64,000 bases of DNA, from contig NZ_JAQNDL010000002.1 in assembly GCF_028368995.1 (NCBI RefSeq), forward strand, positions 1,184,001 to 1,248,000, in the 5' to 3' direction. The notes beneath the pieces were generated by a model. It ran no database searches, was not told where the DNA came from, and was given only the letters and a program-made list of their open reading frames with translations. This document shows, piece after piece, positions 11,219 to 23,814 of this stretch (positions within the stretch are counted from its first letter, which is position 1; the number at the start of each line of letters is the position of its first letter). Source of the DNA: Nannocystis bainbridge (GTDB lineage: Bacteria; Myxococcota_A; Polyangia; Nannocystales; Nannocystaceae). The position numbers were made by a program, and so were the translations under genes.

Positions 11219-11877
11219 GCCTCGTTTTGCCAGCGGTAGCCGACGCCGCGTACGGTCTCGATGCGGGCGGCGTGCTCGCCCAGCTTGGTGCGCAGGTTCT
11301 TGACGTGGACCTCGACGACGTTGGAGCCGGGATCGAAGGACAGCTCCCAGACTTTCTGCAGCAGCTCGGTGCGCGGGACGACGCGCCCGGCCTCGCGCAC
11401 GAGGTAGCTGAGCAGCAAGAACTCGCGCGGGGTGAGGTCGAGCCGGCGGCCGGAGAGGGTCACGGTGCGCTCGTGACGATCGATGCGCACGGGGCCGACC
11501 TCGAGGTAGCGATCGCCGTGGCCGCGCCGGCCGAGCGCGCGCACGCGGGCCAGCAGCTCGCCGAGGTCGAACGGCTTGGGCAGGAAATCGTCGGCGCCGG
11601 CGTCGAGGCCGGCGACGCGCTCCTGGATCTCCGCGCGCGCGGTCAGCATGAGGATCGGCATGGTGGCGCCGGTCGAGCGCAGGGTCCGGCACACGGTCAG
11701 GCCGTCGACCGAGGGCAGCATCCAGTCGAGGATCACGAGGTCGTAGCTGATGCTGCGGCTCTGGGTGATGGCGACGCCGCCGTCCTCGACCAGGTCGACG
11801 ACGTAGCCCTCCTCGGCCAGCGCGCGCAGCAGGAAGCTGGCGAGCTTCTTGTTGTCCTCGACGATGAGGATCTTCAT
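11215..11877 (-). CDS. OmpR-family response regulator
   Basis: MKILIVED, LDWMLP, KPF, LTPREF, ETVRGVGY. Confidence 0.96.
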   Translation of the reverse strand: MKILIVEDNKKLASFLLRALAEEGYVVDLVEDGGVAITQSRSISYDLVILDWMLPSVDGLTVCRTLRSTGATMPILMLTARAEIQERVAGLDAGADDFLPKPFDLGELLARVRALGRRGHGDRYLEVGPVRIDRHERTVTLSGRRLDLTPREFLLLSYLVREAGRVVPRTELLQKVWELSFDPGSNVVEVHVKNLRTKLGEHAARIETVRGVGYRWQNEA

Positions 11878-12081
11878 CGCGCGGATGATAGCGCCGGTCG
11901 TGCCGGGCGGCGGGGTGGCCGGGCCGCAGGCGCGTCCGCCCCGCGCTCCGGCGGCGCGACCCGAGCGAGCGCGGGCGGGCATCGGCGGGCCCCGGAAGCT
12001 TGAGCGCAAATCGCGCTATCGGTCGCTGGCCAGGGCTTCGCGTCCCGCCGCGTCCGACTCGCGGCGGCGGGCAAAGCGGGT

Positions 12082-12672
12082 ATGCTTGCACCCGTGACGC
12101 GCGCCTCCAGACGTCTCGCGCTCGCGCTGCTGCTCGTGAGCGCCGCCTGCATCCCCTCCGGCGAGCTCGTCGCGCTCGACGGCAGTCACCGCATGTTGGC
12201 CCGCGACCCGCAGTCGGGGCTGTCCGTGGTGCTGACGACGGGGGCGTGGCAGGGGATCCCGAGCGACCTCGACGAGCAGGTGACGGTGGTCCACGTGCTG
12301 GTCGCCAACCTCGGCAACCGGCCGATCCGGCTCGCGCCCGGCGACATCGACCTGATCGACGAGCGCGGCTTCCGGCGCGATCTCCTCGACGCCGGCGGCT
12401 CGTTCGTCCAGTCGGGGCAGAACGACAACGGCTATCACCCCGGCCGGCAGCTCGACTTCGGTCGCATCGAGTGGGTCGGCGGCGACGTGGCAGCGTCGGC
12501 GCTGCCGTGGGGCGTGCTGGTGCCCGGGACTTCGATGCGCGGCTACGTGTACTTCGAGAAGGTCGATCGAGCCAACGCGGCGACCCTCACCTGGCACTTC
12601 CACGACCGCGACAGCCGTCCGGTCGTCGATCTCACCTTCGACATGTACGTCGCCCGTGGCTCGCGTACGTGA
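12082..12672 (+). CDS. Hypothetical lipoprotein
   Basis: Lipobox VSAAC, GC3-rich codons, overlaps the next gene. Confidence 0.7.
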   Translation: MLAPVTRASRRLALALLLVSAACIPSGELVALDGSHRMLARDPQSGLSVVLTTGAWQGIPSDLDEQVTVVHVLVANLGNRPIRLAPGDIDLIDERGFRRDLLDAGGSFVQSGQNDNGYHPGRQLDFGRIEWVGGDVAASALPWGVLVPGTSMRGYVYFEKVDRANAATLTWHFHDRDSRPVVDLTFDMYVARGSRT

Positions 12673-14080
12673 GTCCGTGACCCGCGGCCGGACGAGCCGC
12701 AGGGGCCCGAGCTGTCTCTCGGGGCTGGTGCTCGCGTGCGCCGCGACGGCGGGGCTCCACGCGCGCCCGGCCGCGGCGGGCAACCGAGAGACCAACCCGA
12801 TGAGCAACGAGGCGGCGCTGGCCGGCGGGGCGGTGACGGCCCTCGGGCGCGACACCGGGGCCATCTACTACAACCCGGCCGGGCTCGGGGCGGTGCGGCG
12901 GACGCAGTTCAACCTGTCGACCCAGGCGGGCCAGTTCCGGGCCCGCATCGTGCCGTACGCGGCGGTCGCCGACCTGCCGGGCGGCGCCCGCGATCCGGCG
13001 ACGCTGAGCAGCTTGCAGGCGCTGGTGATGCCGTCGTCGCTGGCGGTGACGCGCCACGTCGGCCACGGGGTGACGCTCGGGATCGGCTACTTCGCGCCCG
13101 ACTACGACTACTACGACTACTCGGCGTCGCTGCGCGGGGCCGGCGGCGGCACCGAGTACGACGCGCGGGTGCAGGTCGACGGCTGGATCTACCGCTACCA
13201 CGCGGGGCCGGCGATCGGCTGGCAGCCGCACCCGCGGTTCCGCATCGGCGCGACGCTGTTCGGCACCTACGGCTGGCAGCGCGAGGAGATGCGGATGTGG
13301 ATCGACGCCGCCTCGGGCACCCAGGACGCGCGCACCGACGCCACCCGCACGGTCGACTACGACAACAAGCGCTCGATCTTCGGCGGCGAGGCGGTGATCG
13401 GTCTGCAGTGGGAGTTCGTCAAGAACGTCCACCTCGGCCTGACCTATCGGACACCTCGCTTCGTCGGCTTCGAGTCGCACCGCAGCTACGTGCTCAGCAC
13501 CTCCAACGTCGACCGGCCGACCGGCGACGACGAGTACAAGTTCGAGTTCGACGACTCGCCGTCGCCGTCGCGGCGGGGGCGAGTGGCGCCGATGCGACTC
13601 ACGATGGGCGTCGCCTACGCGCTGCCGAAGCGGCGCGGGTGGGTCAGCGGCGAGATGGACTTCAGCCCGGGGCTGCAGCCGAAGGGCACCGACATCAACA
13701 TCCGCCCGCTGTGGAACGTGCGCGCCGGGGCCCGCCTGCGCACGGCGGAGCGGCTGTACTTCGGCCTCGGCGTGTTCTCGGACCGCGACGACCAGGTCCA
13801 CACTTCGACGTTCCCGCAGTTCCGCATCAACTATTACGGGATGACGACCGGGGTCGAGTTCTTCTCGCCGGTCCGGCTGGGCAAGGGCGAGCGGGCCCGC
13901 AGCATCGTGTTCTCGACCTGCATCGCCGTCCGCTACAGCTACGGCCGGGGCTCGGCGGCGCAGATCATCTTCGACCTGCGCGACGCGCCGAGCGGCCGCG
14001 TGGACTACAACATCGGCACGGTCGACCGGGTGGCGTTCCACCTGTTCGCCGGCCACCTCGGCATGGGCACGTACTTCTAG
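12656..14080 (+). CDS. Outer-membrane beta-barrel of OmpP1/FadL/TodX type (start uncertain)
   Basis: Signal peptide, ALAGGAVTA...AIYYNPAGL motif, amphipathic strands, C-terminal YF. Confidence 0.8.
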   Translation: MARVRESVTRGRTSRRGPSCLSGLVLACAATAGLHARPAAAGNRETNPMSNEAALAGGAVTALGRDTGAIYYNPAGLGAVRRTQFNLSTQAGQFRARIVPYAAVADLPGGARDPATLSSLQALVMPSSLAVTRHVGHGVTLGIGYFAPDYDYYDYSASLRGAGGGTEYDARVQVDGWIYRYHAGPAIGWQPHPRFRIGATLFGTYGWQREEMRMWIDAASGTQDARTDATRTVDYDNKRSIFGGEAVIGLQWEFVKNVHLGLTYRTPRFVGFESHRSYVLSTSNVDRPTGDDEYKFEFDDSPSPSRRGRVAPMRLTMGVAYALPKRRGWVSGEMDFSPGLQPKGTDINIRPLWNVRAGARLRTAERLYFGLGVFSDRDDQVHTSTFPQFRINYYGMTTGVEFFSPVRLGKGERARSIVFSTCIAVRYSYGRGSAAQIIFDLRDAPSGRVDYNIGTVDRVAFHLFAGHLGMGTYF

Positions 14081-14101
14081 CGCGGGGGTGCCGGTCGCTC
14101 G

Positions 14102-14190
14102 GGACATGTCTCGCGAGACATGGCTCAGAGGACATGGGCTTTCGAGCAGGATACGAAGATGCCTCTCGGGACATGTCCCGAGAGGCATGA
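14102..14190. repeat. 14-bp-phased array
   Basis: Cores at 14105, 14119, 14133, 14147 and 14158, 14172, 14186. Confidence 0.85.
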
Positions 14191-14209
14191 TCGGAGGCCC
14201 GCGAGGCCC

Positions 14210-14803
14210 TTACTTCTTGGTCTGCAGCACCTTGTCGATGACGTGGACCAGGCCGTTGCTGGCGGGCAGGTTGACCTCGATCAGCTTGGCGCCGTCGACC
14301 GTCATCTCCGCGTCCTGGGTCTGCTTGATCGGCAGCTCGGGGCCAGCGGCGGTCGGCGCGGTGCGGTAGTTGCCGATCTTGGCGGTGTCGTTGATGCCCG
14401 GGATGAAGTGGTACTTGAGCGCCTTCTGCAGCTGCTCTTTGTTCTTCTTCCACTTGTCGAGGGTGCCCTTGGGCAGCTTGGCGAACGCCTCGTCGGTGGG
14501 GACCAGGATGGTGAGGCTGACGTCGGCGCTGGCGAGCTCCTTGTCGAGCTCGGCGGCGACGATCAGCTCGTGGAAGGTCTTGCCGTTCTCGAGGCCGGCG
14601 ACGACGGTGGCGAGGTCCTTGGCGGCGGGGGCCGGCTCGGGCGTGGGCTCGGGCTCGGGCGTGGCGACCTCGGGCTCGGGGTCCGGCGCGGGGGCGGGGG
14701 CAGGAGTCGGCTCGGGCGCCTCGGAGGCCGAGTCCTTCTTGCAGCCGACATTCGTGCTCGCGCTCGCGACGAGCAGGGACAGTGCGATGAGTCTCAGGTT
14801 CAT
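14210..14803 (-). CDS. Fasciclin (FAS1) domain lipoprotein
   Basis: NVGC lipobox-like site, Pro/Glu linker, TILVPTDEAFAKL and ASNGLVHVIDKVL. Confidence 0.92.
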   Translation of the reverse strand: MNLRLIALSLLVASASTNVGCKKDSASEAPEPTPAPAPAPDPEPEVATPEPEPTPEPAPAAKDLATVVAGLENGKTFHELIVAAELDKELASADVSLTILVPTDEAFAKLPKGTLDKWKKNKEQLQKALKYHFIPGINDTAKIGNYRTAPTAAGPELPIKQTQDAEMTVDGAKLIEVNLPASNGLVHVIDKVLQTKK

Positions 14804-14911
14804 GGCTTCAGGCCTCCGGGGCTGACGGTAGCCCGGTGAGCGGCTCCGCGGCAACTTTTATCGGCGACGCCAGCTTGACGACCGCCGGCGCGATGGGCTG
14901 TGCTGTTGACG

Positions 14912-16003
14912 ATGTTTCGCTCGTTTCGCTGTACTCCCCTGGTTGTCACGGCCGTGCTCGCGGCCAGCACCGTGCTCGTGGCCTGCGGCGACGCCGGGAG
15001 CGGCTCCGGCAGCGCCACGGAGGTGAGCGGCGCCTCGATCACCGGCTCGCCGACGGGCGTCGCTTCGACCGATGCGAGCACGGCGGGCAGTGATTCGGAC
15101 GGCAGCGCGAGCGACAGCACCGACGGGCAGACCGGGTCGTCGGGGGCGGCGAGCACCACGACGCCGGAGCCGACCACGGGGGTGGCTTCGACCTCGACGA
15201 CGGAGGCGACGACGGAGCCGGCGACGTCGAGCACGACTTCGCCGTTCACCACCGGCGAGACCACGGACACCGGCTGGTGGGAGACGACCAGCGGCGACGA
15301 CTGCAAGCTCAACATCGACATCGTGTTCGTGATGGACGTGTCGACCTCGATGTCGGCGATCCTGCAGAAGCTCGCGCAGGAGATCCTGGTGGTCGACCAG
15401 GCGATCGCGGCGCTCGACGTCGAGACCCAGCCGAACTACGGCCTGGTGGTGTTCGTCGACGACGCGACGATCATCAACGCCGGCATGCCGTACGCCGACG
15501 CGAACGCGCTGCAGGCCGACTTCATCGAGTGGAGCACGTTCACCCAGAGCAACTCGCAGACCAGCGGCAACGGCTCCAATGGCGACTGGCCGGAGAACAC
15601 GCTCGACGGGCTGTACCTCGGCGCCTACGCGTTCCAGTGGCGGCCGACGGAGTCGACGCTGCGGATGATCATCCACACCACCGACGACACGTTCGGGGAC
15701 AAGGGCGCCAACCAGAGCGGCGAGATTGTCCAGCACAGCTACGACGAGACGGTGCTCGGCCTGCAGGAGCGCGAGATCCGCGTGTTCAGCTTCGTCGACA
15801 ACGACATGACCGGCGGACCGGGCAACAACCAAGACGTCAGCATGGGCTTTTTCACCCCCTACCAGGGGAAGACCCCGATCCCGCAGGCGACCGACGGCGG
15901 CGCGTTCAACATCAACGACGTGTACGGCGGTCAGCTCAGCCTGTCGGCGGCGATCAACCAGTCGGTCGAAGACAGCCTGTGCAGTCAGTACATCCCGATG
16001 TGA
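14912..16003 (+). CDS. vWA-domain lipoprotein with Thr-rich linker
   Basis: LVAC lipobox, DIVFVMDVSTSM MIDAS motif, PENTLDGL, IIHTTDD. Confidence 0.85.
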   Translation: MFRSFRCTPLVVTAVLAASTVLVACGDAGSGSGSATEVSGASITGSPTGVASTDASTAGSDSDGSASDSTDGQTGSSGAASTTTPEPTTGVASTSTTEATTEPATSSTTSPFTTGETTDTGWWETTSGDDCKLNIDIVFVMDVSTSMSAILQKLAQEILVVDQAIAALDVETQPNYGLVVFVDDATIINAGMPYADANALQADFIEWSTFTQSNSQTSGNGSNGDWPENTLDGLYLGAYAFQWRPTESTLRMIIHTTDDTFGDKGANQSGEIVQHSYDETVLGLQEREIRVFSFVDNDMTGGPGNNQDVSMGFFTPYQGKTPIPQATDGGAFNINDVYGGQLSLSAAINQSVEDSLCSQYIPM

Positions 16004-16025
16004 GCCCGTGCTATAAGCGCGGGCG

Positions 16026-16427
16026 ATGACGGACGCGGCGATCGCCACTCACCCGCGGATCGATCCAAGCCTGTGCGGCGCGCCGGTCTCGGTCGCGCCC
16101 GGGCGCGCCGAGGTGCGGCTGGTGGCGACGCCGGTGATGGCGGTCGACGACCTCGGTCTGTGCCACGGCGGCTTCGTGTTCGGCGCCGCCGACTACGCGG
16201 CGATGCTGGCGGTCAACGACCCCAACGTCGTGCTCGGCGCGGCGACGGTCAAGTTCCTGAAGCCGGTGCGGGTCGGCGACGCCGTGCTGGCCCGTGCGAC
16301 ATGTCCGAACGAACATGGCCGAAAGCGCATGATCGCGGTCGAGGTCGTGCGCGAGGCGGGCGGCGAGGTCGTGTTCACCGGCGAGTTCGCGTGCTTCGTC
16401 CTCGACAAGCACGTGCTGGCCGGCTGA
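16026..16427 (+). CDS. PaaI-family (hotdog) thioesterase
   Basis: [21 protein letters not shown]. Confidence 0.9.
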   Translation: MTDAAIATHPRIDPSLCGAPVSVAPGRAEVRLVATPVMAVDDLGLCHGGFVFGAADYAAMLAVNDPNVVLGAATVKFLKPVRVGDAVLARATCPNEHGRKRMIAVEVVREAGGEVVFTGEFACFVLDKHVLAG

Positions 16428-16473
16428 GCTTTCGGTGACGAGACGGACGCAATTTCGACTGGAGAAGGAGCCG

Positions 16474-18231
<1,758 letters not shown>

Positions 18232-18360
18232 AGCCCGCCGGGGCTCGCGCATGACAAACGCTTCATCCTTCGTGAGACGCCCGCAGGCCCGCTGACTCGG
18301 CCTGCGGCGTCCTGCGAGCGGGGCTTGCTGCGCGCCGGAACCTGCGGAAGAGTTCCTCTC

Positions 18361-20967
18361 ATGCTCGTCCGCCTCGCCCCTGGGACCCGCGCACTGCTCG
18401 TCTCGTCGCTCGTCGCCTGCAACCCCGCGGATTCGGGGCCGCCGGCCGACACCGAAGACACCGGCGATACCGGCTTCATGGGCGATCCGGAGGTGTTCTC
18501 GGAGCTGTCGGCGCCGGTCGACATCCACATCGACGCGCGCGGCGTGCCGCACATCTACGGCGAGACCGACGCCGACGTGTTCTTCGCTTCGGGCTACCAG
18601 GTCGCGGTCGATCGTCTGTTCCAGATGGACCTGATGCGGCGCCGCGCGTACGGGCGCGGGGCAGAGGTGCTGGGCGCGGCCAAGATCGACGAGGACCGGA
18701 TCTCGCGGCTTTTCGATTTCCCGCGCTGGGGCCGGCTCGACGCCGAGCGACTCAAGCAGGAGAGCCCCGGCGAGTACCACCTGTTCACCGCGTGGACGGC
18801 CGGGGTCAATCGCCGCATCGAGGAGGTCAACTCGGGCGCGGCGCCGCTGCCGTACGGGTTCGGCAAGGCCGAGCTGAACTACGCGCCCGAGCCGTGGGAC
18901 CCGGTCGACGCGGTGGTGATCGGCAAGATGATCAGCTTCGGCAACTCGAACGTGCTCGAGTACGAGTTCCTGGCCACGGTGGTCAGCCGCTTCGTGCCGC
19001 AGGTGCTCGAGGTCGTGCAGCTGCCGCGGCCCGGCTGGGAGGCCTACACCGTGCCGCCGGAGGATCGTCCGGCGGCCGGCGCGGCCCCGGCACCGGGTCC
19101 CGAGTCGAACAAGTCTTCGGGACATGTCTCAAAGAACAGGTCCAAAGAGCCAGCCCGCGAATTCCCGCCGGACACCGCCGCCTCGCTGCGCCGGCTGCAC
19201 TCCGCGCTGTCGGGCTTCCGCGTGGTCGGCAGCAACAACTGGGCGGTCGACGGGCGCTTCACCGCCAGCGGCAAGCCGCTGATCGCCAACGATCCGCACC
19301 AGCCGCTGCAGAGCCCCGCGGTGATGTACGCCTTGCACCTCAACAGCGCCGACGCCGGCGGCCTGTTCGACGTCGCCGGCTTCGGGTTCGCCGGCCTGCC
19401 CGGGGTGCAGCTCGGCCACAACCGCAAGATCCACTGGGCGGCGACCACCGGCTTCGCCGACTGCATGGACCTCTATGCTGTCACGCTGGCGCCCGACCAG
19501 GCCACGATCGCCATCGGCGGCGCGACGGCGCCGGTGGTCTGGCGCGACGAGGTGATCAAGGTCGCAGGCATGGGCGACCGCAGCTTCCGCGTCGGCGACG
19601 TCGAGGGCCACGGGGTGCTCGTCGGCGACGCGCTGCCGCTCGATCCGCTGCTCGCGGTCGACCCGGCGCGGCGGCTGCTGATCAACTGGACCGGCTTCCG
19701 CGCGACCAATGAGGCGCGCGCGTTCCTGCGGATGGGCAAGGCGCAGTCGATCGACGAGTGGGAGCGGGCGGTCGACATGATCGAGGTCGGCACCTTCAAC
19801 TGGATGGCCGCCGACGCCACCGGCATCACCTATCACCTCAACACCCACGTGCCCGATCGCGGCGCGCCGGCGGGGCGGCCGATGCCGATCCGCGTGGTCG
19901 ACGGCGACGACCCGGCCTACGTGTGGAGCGGCAAGTTCTTGCCGGCCGAGCAGCTGCCGCGCAGCCGCGCGCCGCAGACCGGCTTCATCGTCACCGCCAA
20001 CAACGACCCGTGGGGCTTCACCGCCGACGGCGACCTCAGCAACGACCCCTGGTACTACGGCGCCTTCTACGACCCGGGCTACCGCGCGGGGCGGGTCGAG
20101 CAGCGGCTGCAAGCGCTGACGCAGGCCGGCAAGGTCACGGTCGCCGACATGCAGTCGATCCAGTCCGACACCCACAGCCTGGTCGCCGACAAGATGCTGC
20201 CGGTGCTCGCCGAGGTGTACGCCAAGGTCGCGACCGACGACACGCTGCTGAAGTACCGCGGGCGCAAAGACCTCGAGGTGCTGCACGACCTGCTGACGAA
20301 GCAGTGGAACCGGCGCATGGATCGCCAGGAGTCGGGCGCGCTGGCGTTCCACGCGTTCGCGCATTTCCTGGTCCAGCGGATCTTCGAGGACGACCTCGCC
20401 CTGGTGTTCGGCGCGATCATGGACGCGTCGCCGGTGTACGCGCTCAAGTTCGCCGCGCTGGCGGCCACCGGCATGTATCCCAACGCCAACGAGTTGATGC
20501 AGGAGGGCCGCGATTTCCTGGTGATGGAGGCGCTGGTCGACGCCTCCGACTGGCTGGTCGCCGAGTTCGGCTCGGTCGCGCCGCACCGCTATCGCTGGGG
20601 CGACCGCCACGGCACCGGCTTCCGCAACGCCTACGGCGGTGAGCTCGACGGCGGCTGGCACCCGACCGACGGCGGCGAGGACACCGTCAACGTCTCGGGC
20701 AGCTCGTTCTTCGAGTCCGACTCGACCGACGTGCGCGAGCGCTTCGAGTCGAACGACGGCGCGGTCTTCCGTGTCATCACCGGCTTCGACGGCGAGGGGG
20801 TGCCGCAGGCGGTCGTCAACTTCCCGCCGGGCAACAGCGCCGATCCGTCCAGCCCGCACTTCGCCGACACGCTCTCGGACTGGATCGAGGATCGTTACCA
20901 TCACTACCCGTTCCGCCGGCACGAGGTCGACGCCGTGACGCAGGAGACGGTCACGCTCGAGCCGTGA
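18361..20967 (+). CDS. Penicillin acylase family (Ntn hydrolase) lipoprotein
   Basis: LVAC lipobox, GVPHIY, DRLFQMD, GSNNWAV nucleophile motif, ANDPH, TANN. Confidence 0.93.
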   Translation: MLVRLAPGTRALLVSSLVACNPADSGPPADTEDTGDTGFMGDPEVFSELSAPVDIHIDARGVPHIYGETDADVFFASGYQVAVDRLFQMDLMRRRAYGRGAEVLGAAKIDEDRISRLFDFPRWGRLDAERLKQESPGEYHLFTAWTAGVNRRIEEVNSGAAPLPYGFGKAELNYAPEPWDPVDAVVIGKMISFGNSNVLEYEFLATVVSRFVPQVLEVVQLPRPGWEAYTVPPEDRPAAGAAPAPGPESNKSSGHVSKNRSKEPAREFPPDTAASLRRLHSALSGFRVVGSNNWAVDGRFTASGKPLIANDPHQPLQSPAVMYALHLNSADAGGLFDVAGFGFAGLPGVQLGHNRKIHWAATTGFADCMDLYAVTLAPDQATIAIGGATAPVVWRDEVIKVAGMGDRSFRVGDVEGHGVLVGDALPLDPLLAVDPARRLLINWTGFRATNEARAFLRMGKAQSIDEWERAVDMIEVGTFNWMAADATGITYHLNTHVPDRGAPAGRPMPIRVVDGDDPAYVWSGKFLPAEQLPRSRAPQTGFIVTANNDPWGFTADGDLSNDPWYYGAFYDPGYRAGRVEQRLQALTQAGKVTVADMQSIQSDTHSLVADKMLPVLAEVYAKVATDDTLLKYRGRKDLEVLHDLLTKQWNRRMDRQESGALAFHAFAHFLVQRIFEDDLALVFGAIMDASPVYALKFAALAATGMYPNANELMQEGRDFLVMEALVDASDWLVAEFGSVAPHRYRWGDRHGTGFRNAYGGELDGGWHPTDGGEDTVNVSGSSFFESDSTDVRERFESNDGAVFRVITGFDGEGVPQAVVNFPPGNSADPSSPHFADTLSDWIEDRYHHYPFRRHEVDAVTQETVTLEP

Positions 20968-21138
20968 CGGAGGCGCCCGCGCCGGTCGACGCCGTCGCCC
21001 CTCGTGACGGGCGCACGCGGGCGTCATCGGGAGAGGGTCACGCGCACGCCCTGACGGTCGCTCGCGCCCGCGGGTGCGCGCCCGCGGGCGCCTCGCCGCC
21101 GACTTCGCGCGGGCGAATGCGGGTATAGTCCGGCGCGT

Positions 21139-22225
21139 GTCGTTCCCCCGGACACTCCGAATTTTCATGGCCGGTGCGCTGCTGGCCTGCGGCCCCAAGG
21201 GCCCGACCGAGACCACGCCGCCTGCCACCACCGGCGACGACGAGACCGTGCCCGAGGCGCCGCCGATCGAGCGCAGCGGCCAGCTGACGAACGCCGGGCG
21301 CCACGCCGAGGCGATCGCCGTGCTCGACGAGGCCCTGGCCAAAAAGCCAGGTGACCCCGAGCTCCACTACGCCCGCGGCGTCGCCCTGGCGCAGGCCGGT
21401 CGGGGCGACGAGGCCGTGGCCGCGTGGAAGGAGGCCGTGCGGATCGATCCGAAGTACTACCCGGCCCACAACGGCATCGGCGCCGTCGCCCTCGACGCCG
21501 GTCGCCTCGACGAGGCCGCTGTCGCCTTCGAGGCCGCGATCGCGGCCAAGCCCGACTTCGCCGACGCCCACTACAACCTCGGCCGGGCCGCCCGCGCGAA
21601 CGGGCAGAACGAGCGCGCCGCCGCGGCCCTCACCGAGGCCAACCGCCTCGCGCCCGAGGACGTCGACGTCCTCTTCCTGCTGGCCCAGGTCGACCGCGAT
21701 CTCGGCAAGCGCGACGAGGCCCTGGCTGTCGCCACCAAGGCCGCCTCGCTCGCCCCCGACGACCCCGAGGTGCGGCGCACGCTCGGCCACCTGTTGATGG
21801 AGGCCGACAAGGTCCGCGAGGCCCAGGTCGAGTTCTCGACCGCGCTGCAGAAGCGCCCGGACGACAACGACGCCAAGCTCGGGCTCGCGCGCGCCCTGGT
21901 CAAGCTGGAGCGCGCCGACGAGGCGCTGGTCCACCTCGCCGACCTGGCGGCCCGCTTGCCCGATCAGGCCGTCGTGTGGAGCGAGTGGGGCGCCGCCCTG
22001 GCCAAGCTCGGGCGCCTCGACGGCCCCGACGGCGCGCTCGCCAAGCTCGACAAGGCGCTGACGTTGAAGCCCGACCTCGCGTCGGCCCACATCCGCAAGA
22101 TCGGCGCCCTGGCCCAGGCCAAGCAGTGCAAGCCGGCCAAAGAGGCGCTCAAGAGCTTCACCGCCAAGAGCCCCAAGCCCGACGCCCTGGCCCAGGCCAA
22201 GGCCGCGCTGACCGGCTGCAAGTGA
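21139..22225 (+). CDS. TPR-repeat lipoprotein (start uncertain)
   Basis: LLAC lipobox, repeated TPR units (AHYNLG, AHNGIG). Confidence 0.85.
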
Positions 22226-22248
22226 GGCGCGGGCAGGGCTGCCCTTGA

Positions 22249-22326
22249 GGGCATGTCCGCGCGGACATGTCCGAGAGGGCATGTTCGCGCGGACATGTCT
22301 GACAGGGCATGTCCGTGCGGACATGA
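22249..22326. repeat. 14-bp-phased array, six CATG cores
   Basis: CATG at 22252, 22266, 22280, 22294, 22308, 22322. Confidence 0.92.
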
Positions 22327-22426
22327 CGCAAGCGCGGCGTCGCCATGCGCGAGGTCAGGCGCAGAAAGCGGCACAGCCGCCTCCCCGAGGGGAAGGCGGC
22401 TGTGACAGGCCGGTGTCGAGCCGGGC

Positions 22427-23401
22427 TCACTGCGGGAGGCCGCAGACGCCGACGTTCTCGAATCCGGGAGGGGCCATGCCCTCTTCGTACCAGGGGAGGC
22501 AGTCGGCGTTGGCGCCGGCGCACTCGGGGGCGCTGATGTCGCAGAACGCGAGGCAGCAGCCGAGGGCCATCGGGTCGCACTCGGTGGCGAGCTCCGGGTT
22601 GAGGCAGTAGAAGCCCGCGTCGCACGCGTTGGCGTACTCGCACGGGGTGAACTCCTGGCCCGCGTCGCCCGAGGCATCCAGCACGCAGATGAAGCTGTTG
22701 GGGTCCATCGGGTTCGGGATGCACAGGTCGGTGCCGGTGCAGTTCTGCAGAAGCGGGTCGCACATCGGCAGGCAGAGGATGAGCACGCCGTCGTTGACGA
22801 TCGTGCACGCGGTGCCGGCGACGTCGCACGACGGGGCGTCGGGCGAGCCGGAGCAGAACTTCACGCAGGTGCCCTCGCCGGTGTCCGGGTCGGTGTTCCA
22901 GCACATGTGGGCCAGGTCGCAGCTGTCGATGCCGCTGACGCCGGTGCCCTCGACCGTGCACGGGTCACCGGTCTGGCCGGCGTTCTCCATGATCGGCGTG
23001 CACTTGAGCGACTCCCACGAGTTGTCGCCGTCGCCCGAGTAGGGCATGCACTTCTCGCCGGCCGGGCAGTCCTGAACCCACGGGTCGCACTCCTTGGTGC
23101 CGCCGCCGCCGTCGGGGGGCATGATGAAGCTGCCGTCGGTCGTGTCGGTGTCGACGCCGGTGTCGGTGCCCGGGGTGCCGGTCGTCGGGTTGGTGGTGCC
23201 GTCGGTCGCCGAGGTCGCCGGGTTGGTGGTCTCGCTGCTGTTGCCCGTCGAGGTGTCGCTCTCGGTGCCGTCACCCGAGGGGTTGTTGGTGTTGTTGGTG
23301 GTCGGGTTGGTGGCGGTCCCGGACGCGCCCCCCTTGTCGTCGCCGCAGCCGAACATCAGAGCGGTACAGAGCAGGCTAGAAACCAAGCTGAACTTCTTCA
23401 T
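22427..23401 (-). CDS. Cys-rich lipoprotein with Thr-rich linker (paralog of 58484-59404)
   Basis: MFGC lipobox, repeated CDP(W/L)xQxC modules, ends APPGFENVGVCGLPQ. Confidence 0.88.
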   Translation of the reverse strand: MKKFSLVSSLLCTALMFGCGDDKGGASGTATNPTTNNTNNPSGDGTESDTSTGNSSETTNPATSATDGTTNPTTGTPGTDTGVDTDTTDGSFIMPPDGGGGTKECDPWVQDCPAGEKCMPYSGDGDNSWESLKCTPIMENAGQTGDPCTVEGTGVSGIDSCDLAHMCWNTDPDTGEGTCVKFCSGSPDAPSCDVAGTACTIVNDGVLILCLPMCDPLLQNCTGTDLCIPNPMDPNSFICVLDASGDAGQEFTPCEYANACDAGFYCLNPELATECDPMALGCCLAFCDISAPECAGANADCLPWYEEGMAPPGFENVGVCGLPQ

Positions 23402-23814
23402 GGGTCCCTCGTGAGTGCGTTTTGGAGCTGTCGGCGCGCTGACTACCGTGTGAGGCGAACGCGCATGTGGGGTTTGGCGGTTGAGGTCGCTTTGGCGAAA
23501 GTCCGTACCCGCCGAACCTCATGTCCTTGGCCGCCAGCATGGCATAGCCTACGGAACAGGCGCAACTGGCTAATTGGCTTCGCAGGCCTGCGTGTGACCG
23601 GGTCTTGCTCACTCCGTCACACGTTTCCCCCAGGGGATTTGCCGGGTGACCGGGGTTGTTTCAGGCGTCGCGGCGCCCCCGGCGAGGGGCGCGAACGTCG
23701 ATCGGACGCGGGCAGGGACGCGCCGGACGGCCGCCGGACACGACAAAGGCCCGGCGGTCGAGCCGCCGGGCCGCTGATTTTCCCGGAGATCACTCTCCTG
23801 GGGGGTCCGCGCGC

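Noticed and set aside
22249-22326. GGACATGTCC matches the eukaryotic p53 half-site consensus
   Set aside because: Likely coincidental in a bacterial genome; no p53-like gene is seen and the units are spaced by 4 bp.
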